Below are positions 10,001-20,192 of a stretch of DNA of 32,169 nucleotides, one piece after another. This stretch comes from Nemertoderma westbladi (taxonomy: Eukaryota > Animalia > Xenacoelomorpha), in assembly GCA_032718475.1 (NCBI GenBank), contig JAUCBJ010000655.1, positions 1-32,169 of the forward strand. Direction: 5' to 3'. Each line of letters begins with the position of its first letter. Position 1 is the stretch's first letter. Under the pieces are notes generated by a model. It saw only the letters and a list, made by a program, of their open reading frames with translations. It did no database searches and was not told where the DNA came from. The position numbers were made by a program, and so were the translations under genes.

Positions 10001-12363
10001 CTTTGTACTTCTGGGAAGAAGGGAAGCATTCGTGTGCCGCGGCCCTGGCGGCAGTGCGGATTACGCGATCCATAGCAGATTCGCGTTATGTAACCGATCT
10101 ACGCGTATGCACAACCCTGGAAAATTTCGCCAACACTTTGGAAGAATTGGCAATTGGTGTGGTCAATGAATGTTATTGTAAGGATCAATTCCGAACCCAA
10201 ATTCTTCTCATACAAGAGCTGCCTTTATTTGGTAACAGCACGGTGATGGAGTTGGCTCAAACTGGTAACTGCCGAAACTTCATTTCTCAAAGCGGGTGCC
10301 AAGCGTTCTTATCTAGCGTCTGGCAGGGCGAGGTTTCATCATCTCGAGTGGGTTGGTTGCGTTTCTTTGGGGCCTTGTTTTGTCCATTTCTTGCGCCGTT
10401 TTTGATGAGTTTTTATGGGGATAAAAAGGCAAAAAATATTAAAGATGAGGAGGAAGTCACGGGGGGTGGAAATATAACTAGAATGATAGTTGTTATGGAG
10501 GATGAGGAGAAGCGAAGGTTGAAACAGGGCAATGATCTTACTCCCGAGCAACAGAAGGATGTTAAAGATGAAATCGCTCGGAAGCAATCTGCGGAGTTGT
10601 CGTATTGGCAAAAAGTTGGTGCTTTCACTCGCTCTCCACTTATGATATTCACCTCTCATTGCGTTGCTTCTCTGATATTCGTTACCCTATTTAGCTATAT
10701 TGTTCGTATGAACTTCCATCGTAAGATTACAGGATGGGAAATCGTTCTGATATTTTGGGTTTTTACTCTGGTTTTGGAAGAGGTGCGTCAGATCAAGGAC
10801 AGCGGCATCCCTACCCTGCGTCGCAAGTTAATCTCGTGGATTGGGAGCACATGGAATAAATTTGATTTGGTCTGCATCTGCATGTTCTTTCCCGGGGTTA
10901 TAGTGCGGTTTACCGTGGAGGAGATCTACCCGGCGCACGTTCTCTACTGTCTAACCGTATGGGGTTTTTACCTCAGACTGATGCACATCGCCACAATAAG
11001 CCGCATCCTCGGCCCCAAAGTAATAATGATCGAGAAAATGATGAAAGATCTGATATTCTTTATTGTCATCATCTTTGTTTACATGTGCGCCTACGGAGTG
11101 GCAGTGCAATCCCTCATGTACCCCAACGAGCCACGATTTTACACCGCGATTTTCAGTGTTGTCTATGACTCGTACTTTCAGGTTTATGGAGAATTGTTTC
11201 TCGAGGAATTCACCGCTTCCAGTGAATTCGACTGCATCGACAATTTTGCCGAAGCTATAGCGGTCGATGGTCAACGATGCCCCAAGAAATCGCCGTGGCT
11301 GTTGTTGTTCTTGGCTCTGTACATGCTTCTAAGTAATGTGTTACTGCTCAACCTGCTCATTGCTATGTTCTCTCATACATTCGACGCCGTGCAGGAGAAT
11401 ACGGATGAGTACTGGTTTTTCCAACGATACAGCATAATGGAGGAGTATTTCTCGAAACCGACTCTCCCACCACCCTTTATCATTATCGCTCACATTCTCA
11501 AGTTGATTGGGTTCACAAAGAAGAGGGAATTGAGATTGAAATCTTTTCCCGAGGAAGTAACGGCGATCGCTCGCTTCGAGGATTTGTGCACGAGCAATTT
11601 CGTATCGCGGCATTCGAAAGAGGAAGAGTTCGGAATTGAGAGGCGCGTAGTCCTTATGGGGAGTAAGTTGGATAAAATGAACCAAGACGCACGAACCACC
11701 GACCAAAATGTTCAACAAACACTGTCTAGAATATCGGAAGGTATGGAGTGTGAGTTCGAGGCGAGAGCTGAGCAAGATGAATCCGTTGATAACAACTTTA
11801 AATCGCTCCATAAAAGCGTTGAAGAGATGAATGAGCGCATGACGGATATCCTTGGTAAATTAGGCGATAAAATGTCTGAAGAATTGGCAGCTGCTAGCGA
11901 GACGCACAAGGCCGTCGAAGATGGTAAGAATTATTCTAAACGTTCTACTGCCGAGCTCTACGACACTGTGGCCGATCTCAGTCACAACGTTTACCGGCAA
12001 CTCGCCACTCTTGAATCGAGGATTCAAGATGCGGATTTATCGCAACGACAAGCTGATGACGTCATAGAAGACAAGATGGAGAGGACGGAGTCGCGTGTTG
12101 GCGTTGTCTGTGATCGTATCGAGGCGTTGTCTCGACAGGTGGAACGGCAGATACTCCGTATTGAGACATTGGGAGCGGCTCCTGAGGGTGAGTCATCGGC
12201 TCCGGGGCAGGAAGCCCCGGTGCGTCGGGAAGTCTTTTACGAGGTTATGGAACGACGACAGAGCGAGACGGAAGCTCAGGTTCAGGAGCTTCGTCGCAGT
12301 CTAGACGAGTTTCAGGCGCGAACTCTCGACGTTTTGGGTAAAATCATGGACAAACTCTCGTGA
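7028..12363 (+). CDS. TRPM: TRPM-family cation channel (TRPM2-like pore, no NUDT9-H or kinase); join(7028..7068,7669..7813,7917..7940,8233..12363), ~1446 aa
   Basis: MHR motifs (TDAFGRIKF, LEPNHTHFVLVD, WDRVDIAR), S2/S3 EEVRQ and WNKFD, LGPKVIMI, pore YFQVYGELFLEE, S6 NVLLLNLLIAMF, TRP box YWFFQRY, C-terminal coiled coil. Upstream exons supply the conserved WI..TF....C..FV and CHCG....H N-terminal motifs with compatible splice phases. Confidence 0.93.
7324..7492. repeat. Cluster of perfect palindromes in TRPM intron 1
   Basis: ccgtatcgcagctgcgatacgg (7333-7354) between cgctgtgag direct repeats; tctcagcctaggctgaga (7428-7445) and ctcagcctaggctgag (7466-7481). Confidence 0.85.
7669..7813 (+). 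CDS. TRPM inferred exon 2, ending in a GC donor
   Basis: Open frame PVPSADIEDEY...MDKEQSEWITKTFTKYSCSKFVK matches the TRPM N-terminal motif; donor AAG|GCGAGT, phase 0; in-frame stop follows four codons later if unspliced. Confidence 0.8.
7917..7940 (+). CDS. TRPM candidate 24-nt symmetric microexon (YSVFVHPK)
   Basis: Pyrimidine tract plus TTGCAG| acceptor, AAG|GTAAAA donor, phase 0-0, no stop. Confidence 0.6.
8233..12363 (+). CDS. TRPM giant terminal exon (4131 nt)
   Basis: Acceptor tgttttttttag|GTT; the frame opens at 8233 (VADVSPAETDPFCHCGTRMLKH) and continues as the 1358-aa ORF; AATAAA ~30 nt after the stop. Confidence 0.93.
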   Translation, partial: VADVSPAETDPFCHCGTRMLKHSQLAIKQADNTGRGEWNCHTNCTQQPTDAFGRIKFPSSSNRDQRPDAPYIRLDMNAKGPDILTLFKKYWGLPPPTMMVIILGNNAKPCVTRGRMRQIFEKGLMKIAAINGVWLFTYGMNAGVPVQVGNAIAQTVHNNNSGLVVVGFTSWGVIAGKSALVKKGGNYPCDYTYKESNVSIDPDRLHIPLEPNHTHFVLVDEGKSGVIGSKQVVWNGFMKALNDQGCFDVEGNSRSIPTICLLFSGDPNTLENVLEALKAKTALIVLEGSGDLADMLAWLLSRAGDLKADEKQDASGRKVVRYKLGGNLKATLRERVVGAWGEKGVDLNISRLFECILHQERITVVKKSEMNMDTVILKAMMKASCESKLDQVQICLDWDRVDIARDYIFTGEHKFEQKDLYPYLYQAINDDQSEFVDLLLDSGIDLKKFLTAKTLLDFYNTVPPTNVLKRFLDAQKHGRKRKTVLADIGKIVKYLMGNDINYHPIYLYDSRYAVTSFRIAPEEISDNIDDVRLDTIQPGLKRDGSTKVAGNGDSGDDHVDPPVSTDDQTFDDPNRELFLLSVLLGREEMSLYFWEEGKHSCAAALAAVRITRSIADSRYVTDLRVCTTLENFANTLEELAIGVVNECYCKDQFRTQILLIQELPLFGNSTVMELAQTGNCRNFISQSGCQAFLSSVWQGEVSSSRVGWLRFFGALFCPFLAPFLMSFYGDKKAKNIKDEEEVTGGGNITRMIVVMEDEEKRRLKQGNDLTPEQQKDVKDEIARKQSAELSYWQKVGAFTRSPLMIFTSHCVASLIFVTLFSYIVRMNFHRKITGWEIVLIFWVFTLVLEEVRQIKDSGIPTLRRKLISWIGSTWNKFDLVCICMFFPGVIVRFTVEEIYPAHVLYCLTVWGFYLRLMHIATISRILGPKVIMIEKMMKDLIFFIVIIFVYMCAYGVAVQSLMYPNEPRFYTAIFSVVYDSYFQVYGELFLEEFTASSEFDCIDNFAEAIAVDGQRCPKKSPWLLLFLALYMLLSNVLLLNLLIAMFSHTFDAVQENTDEYWFFQRYSIMEEYFSKPTLPPPFIIIAHILKLIGFTKKRELRLKSFPEEVTAIARFEDLCTSNFVSRHSKEEEFGIERRVVLMGSKLDKMNQDARTTDQNVQQTLSRISEGMECEFEARAEQDESVDNNFKSLHKSVEEMNERMTDILGKLGDKMSEELAAASETHKAVEDGKNYSKRSTAELYDTVADLSHNVYRQLATLESRIQDADLSQRQADDVIEDKMERTESRVGVVCDRIEALSRQVERQILRIETLGAAPEGESSAPGQEAPVRREVFYEVMERRQSETEAQVQELRRSLDEFQARTLDVLGKIMDKLS

Positions 12364-15300
12364 TAACGATATTATTTGCTTTTGTGAATGTAATAAAGTT
12401 ATTATAATGTAATAATGTTTGTTGTATTAGCTCCGAATTACAGTAATGGCTGCTGGTTGGTGGCTGCTATATTGGATCAGCTGTCGTCCTCAACCTTACC
12501 CAATATCAGACCACAGTTTTTATTTTATTTAGCTGTAATATATTGAGGGGGTTCTAACATTGGAGTAGAGAGTCCCTAGTATTTTATGCAGGTGGAAGGC
12601 ATTTTTTTATGCAGCCTGTTTAGTAAGTGGTCCGTTCGTTATTAGCTGTCTTGTTATCTACATACAATGAACTAGACTCAATCAACCAGATATAATTTAG
12701 AATGTCGGTATAGATTTACTTTTGAATATTATAATTTTGTTACGCTTCGGTAAATTTCTGACATTATTAGTGTCCGTCTGGAAAAAGGAAAGGGGTTATT
12801 CTGAAAAATGAGTGGGTGGCATGTGTGCTATTAATCAAGTACAGTATGCAATGCAATATATTTAGATATTCGACCCCCACCGCCCACATTTAATAAAATT
12901 ATTAGATACCGGGTATATAAATTATCACCTGAACTCCAATTCATTTTATAAACGACGACCTTTTCCCCCCTTGTTACAGTTCCCGTGGTTACCACAACCC
13001 CCCCCCCCCCCCCCCAATATTTATTTTACTTTTTCTTTTTTAAGAATATTATTCTTTGAAAAAGACACAATAGAATCCTTTCAACACAACACCAGATGTT
13101 TTAATGAGAATACGCTTCGTTATAATAGTGTGTGCTAGAGTAATGGTTGGCTAGAAATAATAGAGAAGGATACATTACAATATTTGGAATCCCCTTCACT
13201 AAGTGTTAAGTCCACCCGCCACCCTATAATTTGACATTCATGGTGTTGGTGTTGACCATATAATATTCAGTTGTTTTATCATTCAATGAAATATAATTAA
13301 TTAACTTAATTAATAATGGAATGCGTATATTTTACTGGCGTGAGGCTGAGGAGCGCACAACTTACTATTTGGCGAGTTTCAATTTTGTTCTATTAGCTGT
13401 TTCTTTGTTACAGAGAAAGATTCATTACAAATTTGGTAAATAAACCATTTTTGTTACATTACAACTTTTTAACAAGTAAACAGTTTATATTGTAATGAAT
13501 TAAACAACGTTGAATATTGTTTGCTTATTCTTCACCGGGTGTTGTGATTTGTTTCGTTATAAATAATTGTGAATTTATAGGGGTATGACCTCATAATTTC
13601 CTACTATATACAATTATAGCGTTAGCAATGTGTTTCCAAAATCAATTCTATTTGGTTTTATTGAAGCAGAGTTTAAAGATGTGGGATTGGTGTAAATTTC
13701 TGATACTTTATTTTAAATTGTGTTATTTTGTGATTAATATTGCACCATATTATCTACCCAATTATAACATTAACCTAGCCTATTATTGCACTTATTGTTT
13801 TTTATGTTTCCCCATACGTTAAGTAAGTGTACATTCATATATGCGCGATTTACAAAATACTTAGGTAATTTACATGTTAAAATACGATAAAGGTGTTCCG
13901 TTGCTTAGCGTGCTTGCGTTCTATTCTTCCACTGAAAACACTTGGAAATAACATGTGATAGAAAACCGTACAATTTTTTCATCTTTATATAACTAGTAAC
14001 TATTTTCAAAGTAGAACATAACAGTGAGCTGATCAGATGGTTTGTTACATGGACGAACGAAGTGAGTGAGTGGAAAAAACCATGTGTTTCCGAACACGGT
14101 AAGAAGTACTTTGAAACAAATACAATTATTTTTATTCCAAAATTGTAATATTATGAAGCGAATGCTAGTGAGAAACTGCATATGAAACGTATTTAAACAA
14201 ATTTAAATGTTTGGTGGAATTTCAAGAATTTTTTAATAAGAATTGATGAAGCATCAAAGTAGAAATAGTTTCTACCAACTATTAACAAAGTTTAACGGAT
14301 GATATTAAAAATTTAATGTCTGTGGTACCGGTACGCGGTACATACAGTGCTACAGATACCGGTACAGTTCCTATCTGTTCCCTGTAGCAGTGTAGGCATA
14401 GTCAGTCATCTTCCAGTTATGTTTGTATGACGTAGACCTTGAAAAATAAGCTTGCGGAAATTATATAGTAGCCGCCACGGTATGCTGAGACGTATCCTAA
14501 TCTGGATGTCCACAATTACGAATTATTACTTTAATTTTTTGGGTAAATTTTCAGTGTAAAGTTTTCTTAATGTCTCCCTTATCTATTTAAATGTACAGTT
14601 GTAATGAGTTTATCTTAACTAACTGTATAACAATACAAACGTCTTTATGTTATATTAACGTTTTAGAATAATAAAATATTCTTGAATTAGTTGATTAGGT
14701 ATGCAACTAACCCGCATTATAAAATGTTTACTTGACTGTTGTATTTCACAATGTCTTTCTACAGAACCTTTCTATACAATCCGACTTAACATATCTTTTT
14801 ACTATATAATTATTATTTAAATAATTATATATCTGTTTTGTTTTGTGTGTGTGAGGGAAACATATAAAACATTTTTAACCAATCATTATTTAGTATTTTA
14901 ATTTCGATATATAGTACGCTTACAGTTAAGTAACTTCTTCTTTACTTAAATAAATATAAATTAAATACACAATATTCATATTAATATTTTTATATTTTGT
15001 TACACCTTTTAGAAATACTAATAATGTTATAGTTTTGTGTGAGAATATCCCCCAAGTGTCTCTTAAAACAGAAGGTATTTATGTCTAAACGTCCAATTCA
15101 CATAATATTTGGTATAGATAATATCTCCAAATCTACTATGTCTAGGCTTTATATCAAGATTTACACCAATGAACCTGTTTAAAATGTTTAGAATACACAA
15201 TAATTATGTAAAGCCCTATTTATTAATTTGTTTAATTCTAGAATACTTAAGCCTTTTTTCCTGGTTGAATTAATTGTACGTAGTTGATAGTATCTACGTG

Positions 15301-17071
15301 ATACCGTAATTCAAGAGTTATTGAATGTTTCTTGCCAGACTGTTTTGGAGTAATCCAAATTTGTCTTTCTGATGCACTTTCATTGTTTTTTTTAATTTAA
15401 TTTCACACAGTTGTATTGAATTGTAATATTAATATACTTTTTTAGTTGAAACAGATTCAGGACACACAAGGTTCCGAAGGGATATCAATCTACTAATAAT
15501 GTTGTTGATTTGTATTGTTGTTGACGTTGTAATTGTCTGACATTATACAGAACTAATAATCTAGTCACCTACCTCCCTATAGTTTATCAGTTTAGTTTTA
15601 TAGTATAGAATGGTGTTTATTGTTCTTATTATTTTGCCTAATTATAATTTGTGTTGCGACATCGTTTTTGTGTTGAATGTTGTAAGAACCCCGCTGACAG
15701 AGTGGCATATTTTATCTTAATAATTAATTAATGCCATTGCCGTTCATGGTGCTGTGTGTGCCAGGCGATCAAAATCATTTATTATAATATATAATTTTAT
15801 TTTATTTAATTAATAATTACAGCAGTAAAACAGTAATAGAGAATATCTTTAGCGGAAAACATCGCAACAGGAAATTCAATCAACGTCCGAAACACCATGT
15901 TTGGGAGAACAACCTTAAATCATAGATGTATAAATTGTAGACCTTAATGTGTTCGCGAATTTAGTTGATTAGTTTGGTTACATTTCTTCTCCCCCCAATA
16001 TGTTATTAAATCGGCCGCTGATTATTTTCTCCTCTTGTCGTGTCATTATTTTAATTACCTTTTTCCCTTTTTAAATAATGTTTTCTAGACCTTGTAAATC
16101 TATTGTATCAATGGATGGCAAGTCCCCCCCCCCCGTATTGATTAATAGTACTAACAGCTTTAATCAAATAATTAAATTATTTTAATGCTTCTGGTGTCAG
16201 TGTTTCTACATGGCTATATTGGTGGTGGGGGTGTAAACTCTATGCCGACAATCGAAATTCAACAACGACAAATATGAAATTGGAACCTGTATAGACTGGT
16301 TAAAATAGCCTTCTACTCGTATCATTAACTTTAATTAGTTTTAATTAACATTAATTAGCTTTAATTGATTATCGGTTGTCGCCGTATCGTTTACAGCATC
16401 TTTGTAGGGTGGTATTGGGCAGTTTAGATTTTAGAGATTTTAATGCTTATTGTTTGCCATTTTAGTTCGTCTTTATCACTCAGTATATTATTGTTTTACA
16501 TTTTGTAATGCCCCCAGTCCCCCAGTGTTTTCCATATTAATTAATCAGATATTTTCGTAAAACGTGAGAATGTTTTGCTTAATAAAAGTTAATGCTTTTA
16601 TGGAAATGATTGCATTTTTTAATGTAAGCTCTCTCTCTCTCTCTCTCTTGGGTTTGGGTCCAAATCTTGTGCCAAGTATTTCTCCTTCGCTACGGTTTGT
16701 TGTTTTTTCTGGCGCACAACTAAAAAAATCATCTACTCAATTGCTGGGAGCTATTTGGGGCGCTAATATTCTCCTTATATAACTCATAACGCTGCTGTTG
16801 AAAACGAAATGAATAAATTATTGATACAATTATTGGCAGTAGCTCCCGGGTGTAGCCTCGATCTTACTTGGGGAAATTATAACTTGAAAACTGAAGAGAA
16901 CCTAAAATAGTTTATTTTAGTTCAACTTAACTTTATGAGATTACAGTGCGACGCCCTAGAATTTTCCGGGTTTATCCTCTAATAATTACATCATTTGAAT
17001 TGAGATCTATTATGCTCGAGCATTTAAACCACTTATAAACCATTTATAATTTCAATTACCCCCATATCGAT

Positions 17072-17940
17072 TTAAGGGGGGGGGGGGGGCATTGAGTGAA
17101 GTGAGTGGAATTTCGAAAAAATTCGAGCATAATTTTTGTTTTGTACTTTTCAAGGAAAATACTTTTATTTACTAAAATATTTTTCAAAATAATTTTCAAA
17201 TTTTCAAAAAAGCGCTGTTTTTTTTCGTAAAAAATGTTATATCAGATGAACAATTACAAAACTAAAAGAAAAACTGCTCGGATTTTATTTTTGCGTACAC
17301 TACTAGCTTTTATACCGAAAACTTACGAATTGTTTGAAAAATGGCGGAGCATTAGTGTATTGAAATTTAAAAAATACCATTCCGAGATAATTGCCTCAAA
17401 AAGTTTGAACCTTTCCGCACAAAAACTGTCTGTTAATAATATGTGAGGTCTGTCAATGTACACTATATATAGCAACATGAAAGCACAAAACCATCATAAG
17501 ATTTTTGCTACGGGAGTTTTCCTGGTCGCTGATTTCATTTCTGAGCTCAGTTTTCACTTTTAATGCAACCTTTTTGTCTGTCTGTCGGTCTTTCTGACTA
17601 TCCGACAAATTTTCCGTCAAATATGAGAAAAGGGCACACCATCTCGGTAAAAGTTTAGTTATAGGGGTTTTCTTGGTCGCAGAATTAGTTTCGAGTGTCA
17701 GATTTAACATTTGATGAATTCCAATTTGTCTGTTTGGCTGTCAGGCTGTCCATTATATTTGAACGGACAGACTGACAGGCTTATAGACAGAAAATACGAG
17801 GCCAAATTTGAATACTAACATCAGAAATGAAGTCACGGACCACGAAAACCCATATAGGAAATTTTTTTAGACCGATAGTATATGTTTTCTATTGTTTTGG
17901 AGACATACTGACGGACAGTAAAACGGCAGACAACCATACC
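17072..17940. mobile_element. Putative non-autonomous DNA transposon relic
   Basis: Begins ttaa-GGGG; internal motif gg(g/a)gttttc(c/t)tggtcgc(t/a)ga..t...t...g..g.tcag at ~17512 and ~17664, and inverted at ~17820-17852; gacag/ctgtc-rich; non-coding. Limits uncertain. Confidence 0.4.
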
Positions 17941-17992
17941 TCGAGAAGTAAAAGAGATCTTGCTAGATCTCCATTTTTTCCGCTCCATTTGT

Positions 17993-18027
17993 TATAGAGT
18001 TGGATCATCCTTAGTCCTGTTTAATTA
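17993..18027 (+). repeat. 35-bp exact dispersed repeat (second copy 19842-19876)
   Basis: tatagagttggatcatccttagtcctgtttaatta is identical at both sites. Confidence 0.9.
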
Positions 18028-18068
18028 CTTAATAATTTATACAATCTATGGATGTTAAACACATATAC

Positions 18069-18250
18069 ACGTTCGTGGGGACTTCGCGCAGCACGAGGCC
18101 TAGTTATTATATACAAATTAAAATGCAGCGACTGTATCACAAATTCAGGTTTTGAGAAATTTACCCACACCACCAATCAATCAAAGAAAGGTGGACAGTA
18201 CGTGTTCACCCCTTTTAATCTCTCCCCCCCCCCCCCCCCCACCCTTCCCA
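18069..18250 (+). mobile_element. Dispersed repeat with Helitron-like terminus (GC-rich stem then CTAG-T)
   Basis: cgtggggacttcgcgcagcacgaggcCTAGT at ~18075-18105; homologous to 4600-4765 in inverted orientation. Confidence 0.45.
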
Positions 18251-18322
18251 ACCACCAATACATAACCGCGACATCTACCACCCACGGAAGGGTAGCACGA
18301 ACTTATTTCCAATCGCACGTTA

Positions 18323-18613
18323 AATATGCAAAGCCAGGTGGTTTATAGGAATATAATAAACGCAGTACTCGTTTTCATTATAAGCCTCTTTGCGTTCGTC
18401 CTGTTTTGTATTTAAATATATTTCTTAAACGCAGGCTAGGACGATCTTTATAATAATAATAACTAGGGATGCGATCAATATGTGAAGCCAGGTGGTTTAT
18501 ATAATAATTTAGTCAACGCAGTACTCGTCTTCATTATATGCCTCGTTGCGCTCGTCGCTTGTCCTGTTTTGTCATAAAATATTTTTCCTAAACGCAGACT
18601 GACGATCTTTATA
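18323..18613. repeat. Diverged tandem duplication, period ~154 bp
   Basis: aatatg..aagccaggtggtttata...aacgcagtactcgt...gacgatctttata at 18323-18452 and 18477-18613. Confidence 0.85.
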
Positions 18614-19439
18614 CAGTTATAACTATGCGAAGTTTCGAAACTGTGCGAGTAACTGTTGATACATCTATGTGGAGATGTGTGATATGTGGAGATGTGTGAT
18701 ACAACGCCAACGCATCTTATGCCGATGTAGTAATATGGGTATTGAAATAATATTAAATCAATGTACACTCTTAAAGCTGCAGCGAAAAAATGTAGCTAAT
18801 TTCCTAGGTTACATATAAAATAATAATATTATTTTTAAGAACATTAATTTTACTACTTTGCAAAAATTCAATTAAAAAATAACCAGACATATACATTGTG
18901 GAATAAACTATTTCAGAAGCCTAGAACAGCCATGCCATGGATTGTATTTATGTTATTATATCTGTCATTTAACTGAGATAGCAATAGTAGTAATAGTCGA
19001 ACGGTTATGCGGCCCGTCCAGCCTATAATAAACACAATTCAGTGATTGGGCTGGAATAGCAATACTGGTTGCCTCTATTACAATTCCTCTCAGGTTAGTC
19101 TACAGCCACAACTCCCAGCAGCTAGCTCCACACCAGCAGAGACTTGACCAATAATGGGAAGGATTAAATTTGTACTCAATAATTGTGCGGTTTAATTACG
19201 TTTAGATTAATTAAAGACACATTTATTAAAGCAAATCACTTAAACTAATTAAAAACTATAATAGAATGGCGTATGGGGATTATATCTGTATAATTTTTAA
19301 GTATAATTATTTAAATCTTATACTGTAAAACAATTAATTTCCTTTAAAAGGCAGGTTGAAAATGGCGTTTTCACCGCAATCAACTTAATTAACTAATTAA
19401 CTGCTATTATCTTAGCTTCTCGAAGGCCACACGGAAAGT

Positions 19440-19645
19440 CTACTTGGAAAATTTCTAAACTTTTGCCAAACAACATGTGTACCAAGTTTGGATAGATTTC
19501 ATCAAAGATTGGCCGAGTTATTAACGTTTAAAATTGAACACGACAGAACGACAGAACGACAGAACGACAGAACGACAGAACGACAGGTTGATTAATGGTA
19601 CCACTACGCTAAGGCTCACTCACTTCGTGGCTCGCCCCACAATAA
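19440..19645 (+). mobile_element. Helentron/DINE-1-like non-autonomous element end with (CGACAGAA)n microsatellite
   Basis: catgtgtaccaagtttg...tttcatcaaagattgg, then (cgacagaa)x5.75 at 19541-19586, then a short stem-loop ggctcactcacttcgtggctcgcc; layout recalls HINE-type elements. Left limit unknown. Confidence 0.45.
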
Positions 19646-19781
19646 CATTCGTTTGCAGTACAGGTCATAACTGCTACTGTAATAAAATACAGATAAAAAT
19701 CCATCCGTAAGGAGGACTGTATTCAATAGCAACCGTAAGGTAGCTTACCACCTATAGCAAATCAATCGGAAAGATGCATGA

Positions 19782-19876
19782 GCCTCCGTGGTGTAGTGGT
19801 TAGCATACCTGAACGTTTATCGGGAGAATGCTGGTGGCGAATATAGAGTTGGATCATCCTTAGTCCTGTTTAATTA
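19782..19876 (+). mobile_element. Truncated tRNA-like head (SINE fragment or tRNA pseudogene) joined to the 35-bp repeat
   Basis: gcctccgtggtgtagtggttagcatac resembles a tRNA acceptor 5' strand plus D-arm/A-box; no intact T-arm or B-box. Confidence 0.55.
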
Positions 19877-20192
19877 TTTTGGAATATTTTTAAAAATAAA
19901 AAAATAATTTTTTAAAAAATAAAAATTTTTTTTTTTTAATATAAATAAAAATATTTTTTTGGTTAACGCGCATGGATGATGTATGTAGATCAACGCATGT
20001 AAGTCAACACAAATGGACGGCTCTATGTATTATGCTTGTATAATGTATTAGGCTGATTAATTATTTTTATTAATAAATAAAGTAATACAAAAATACATAG
20101 AACAGGCAGTGTAAAGATAACTTAGTGTGTTAAAGTTTATAAAAGGCATCAATTATTATGGTTGTGGCAGAAACCAAATCATGGCAATATAT

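Noticed and set aside
12400-17000. Hidden gene in the long AT-rich interval
   Set aside because: Only short low-complexity ORFs; no coherent exon chain or RNA gene recognised by eye.
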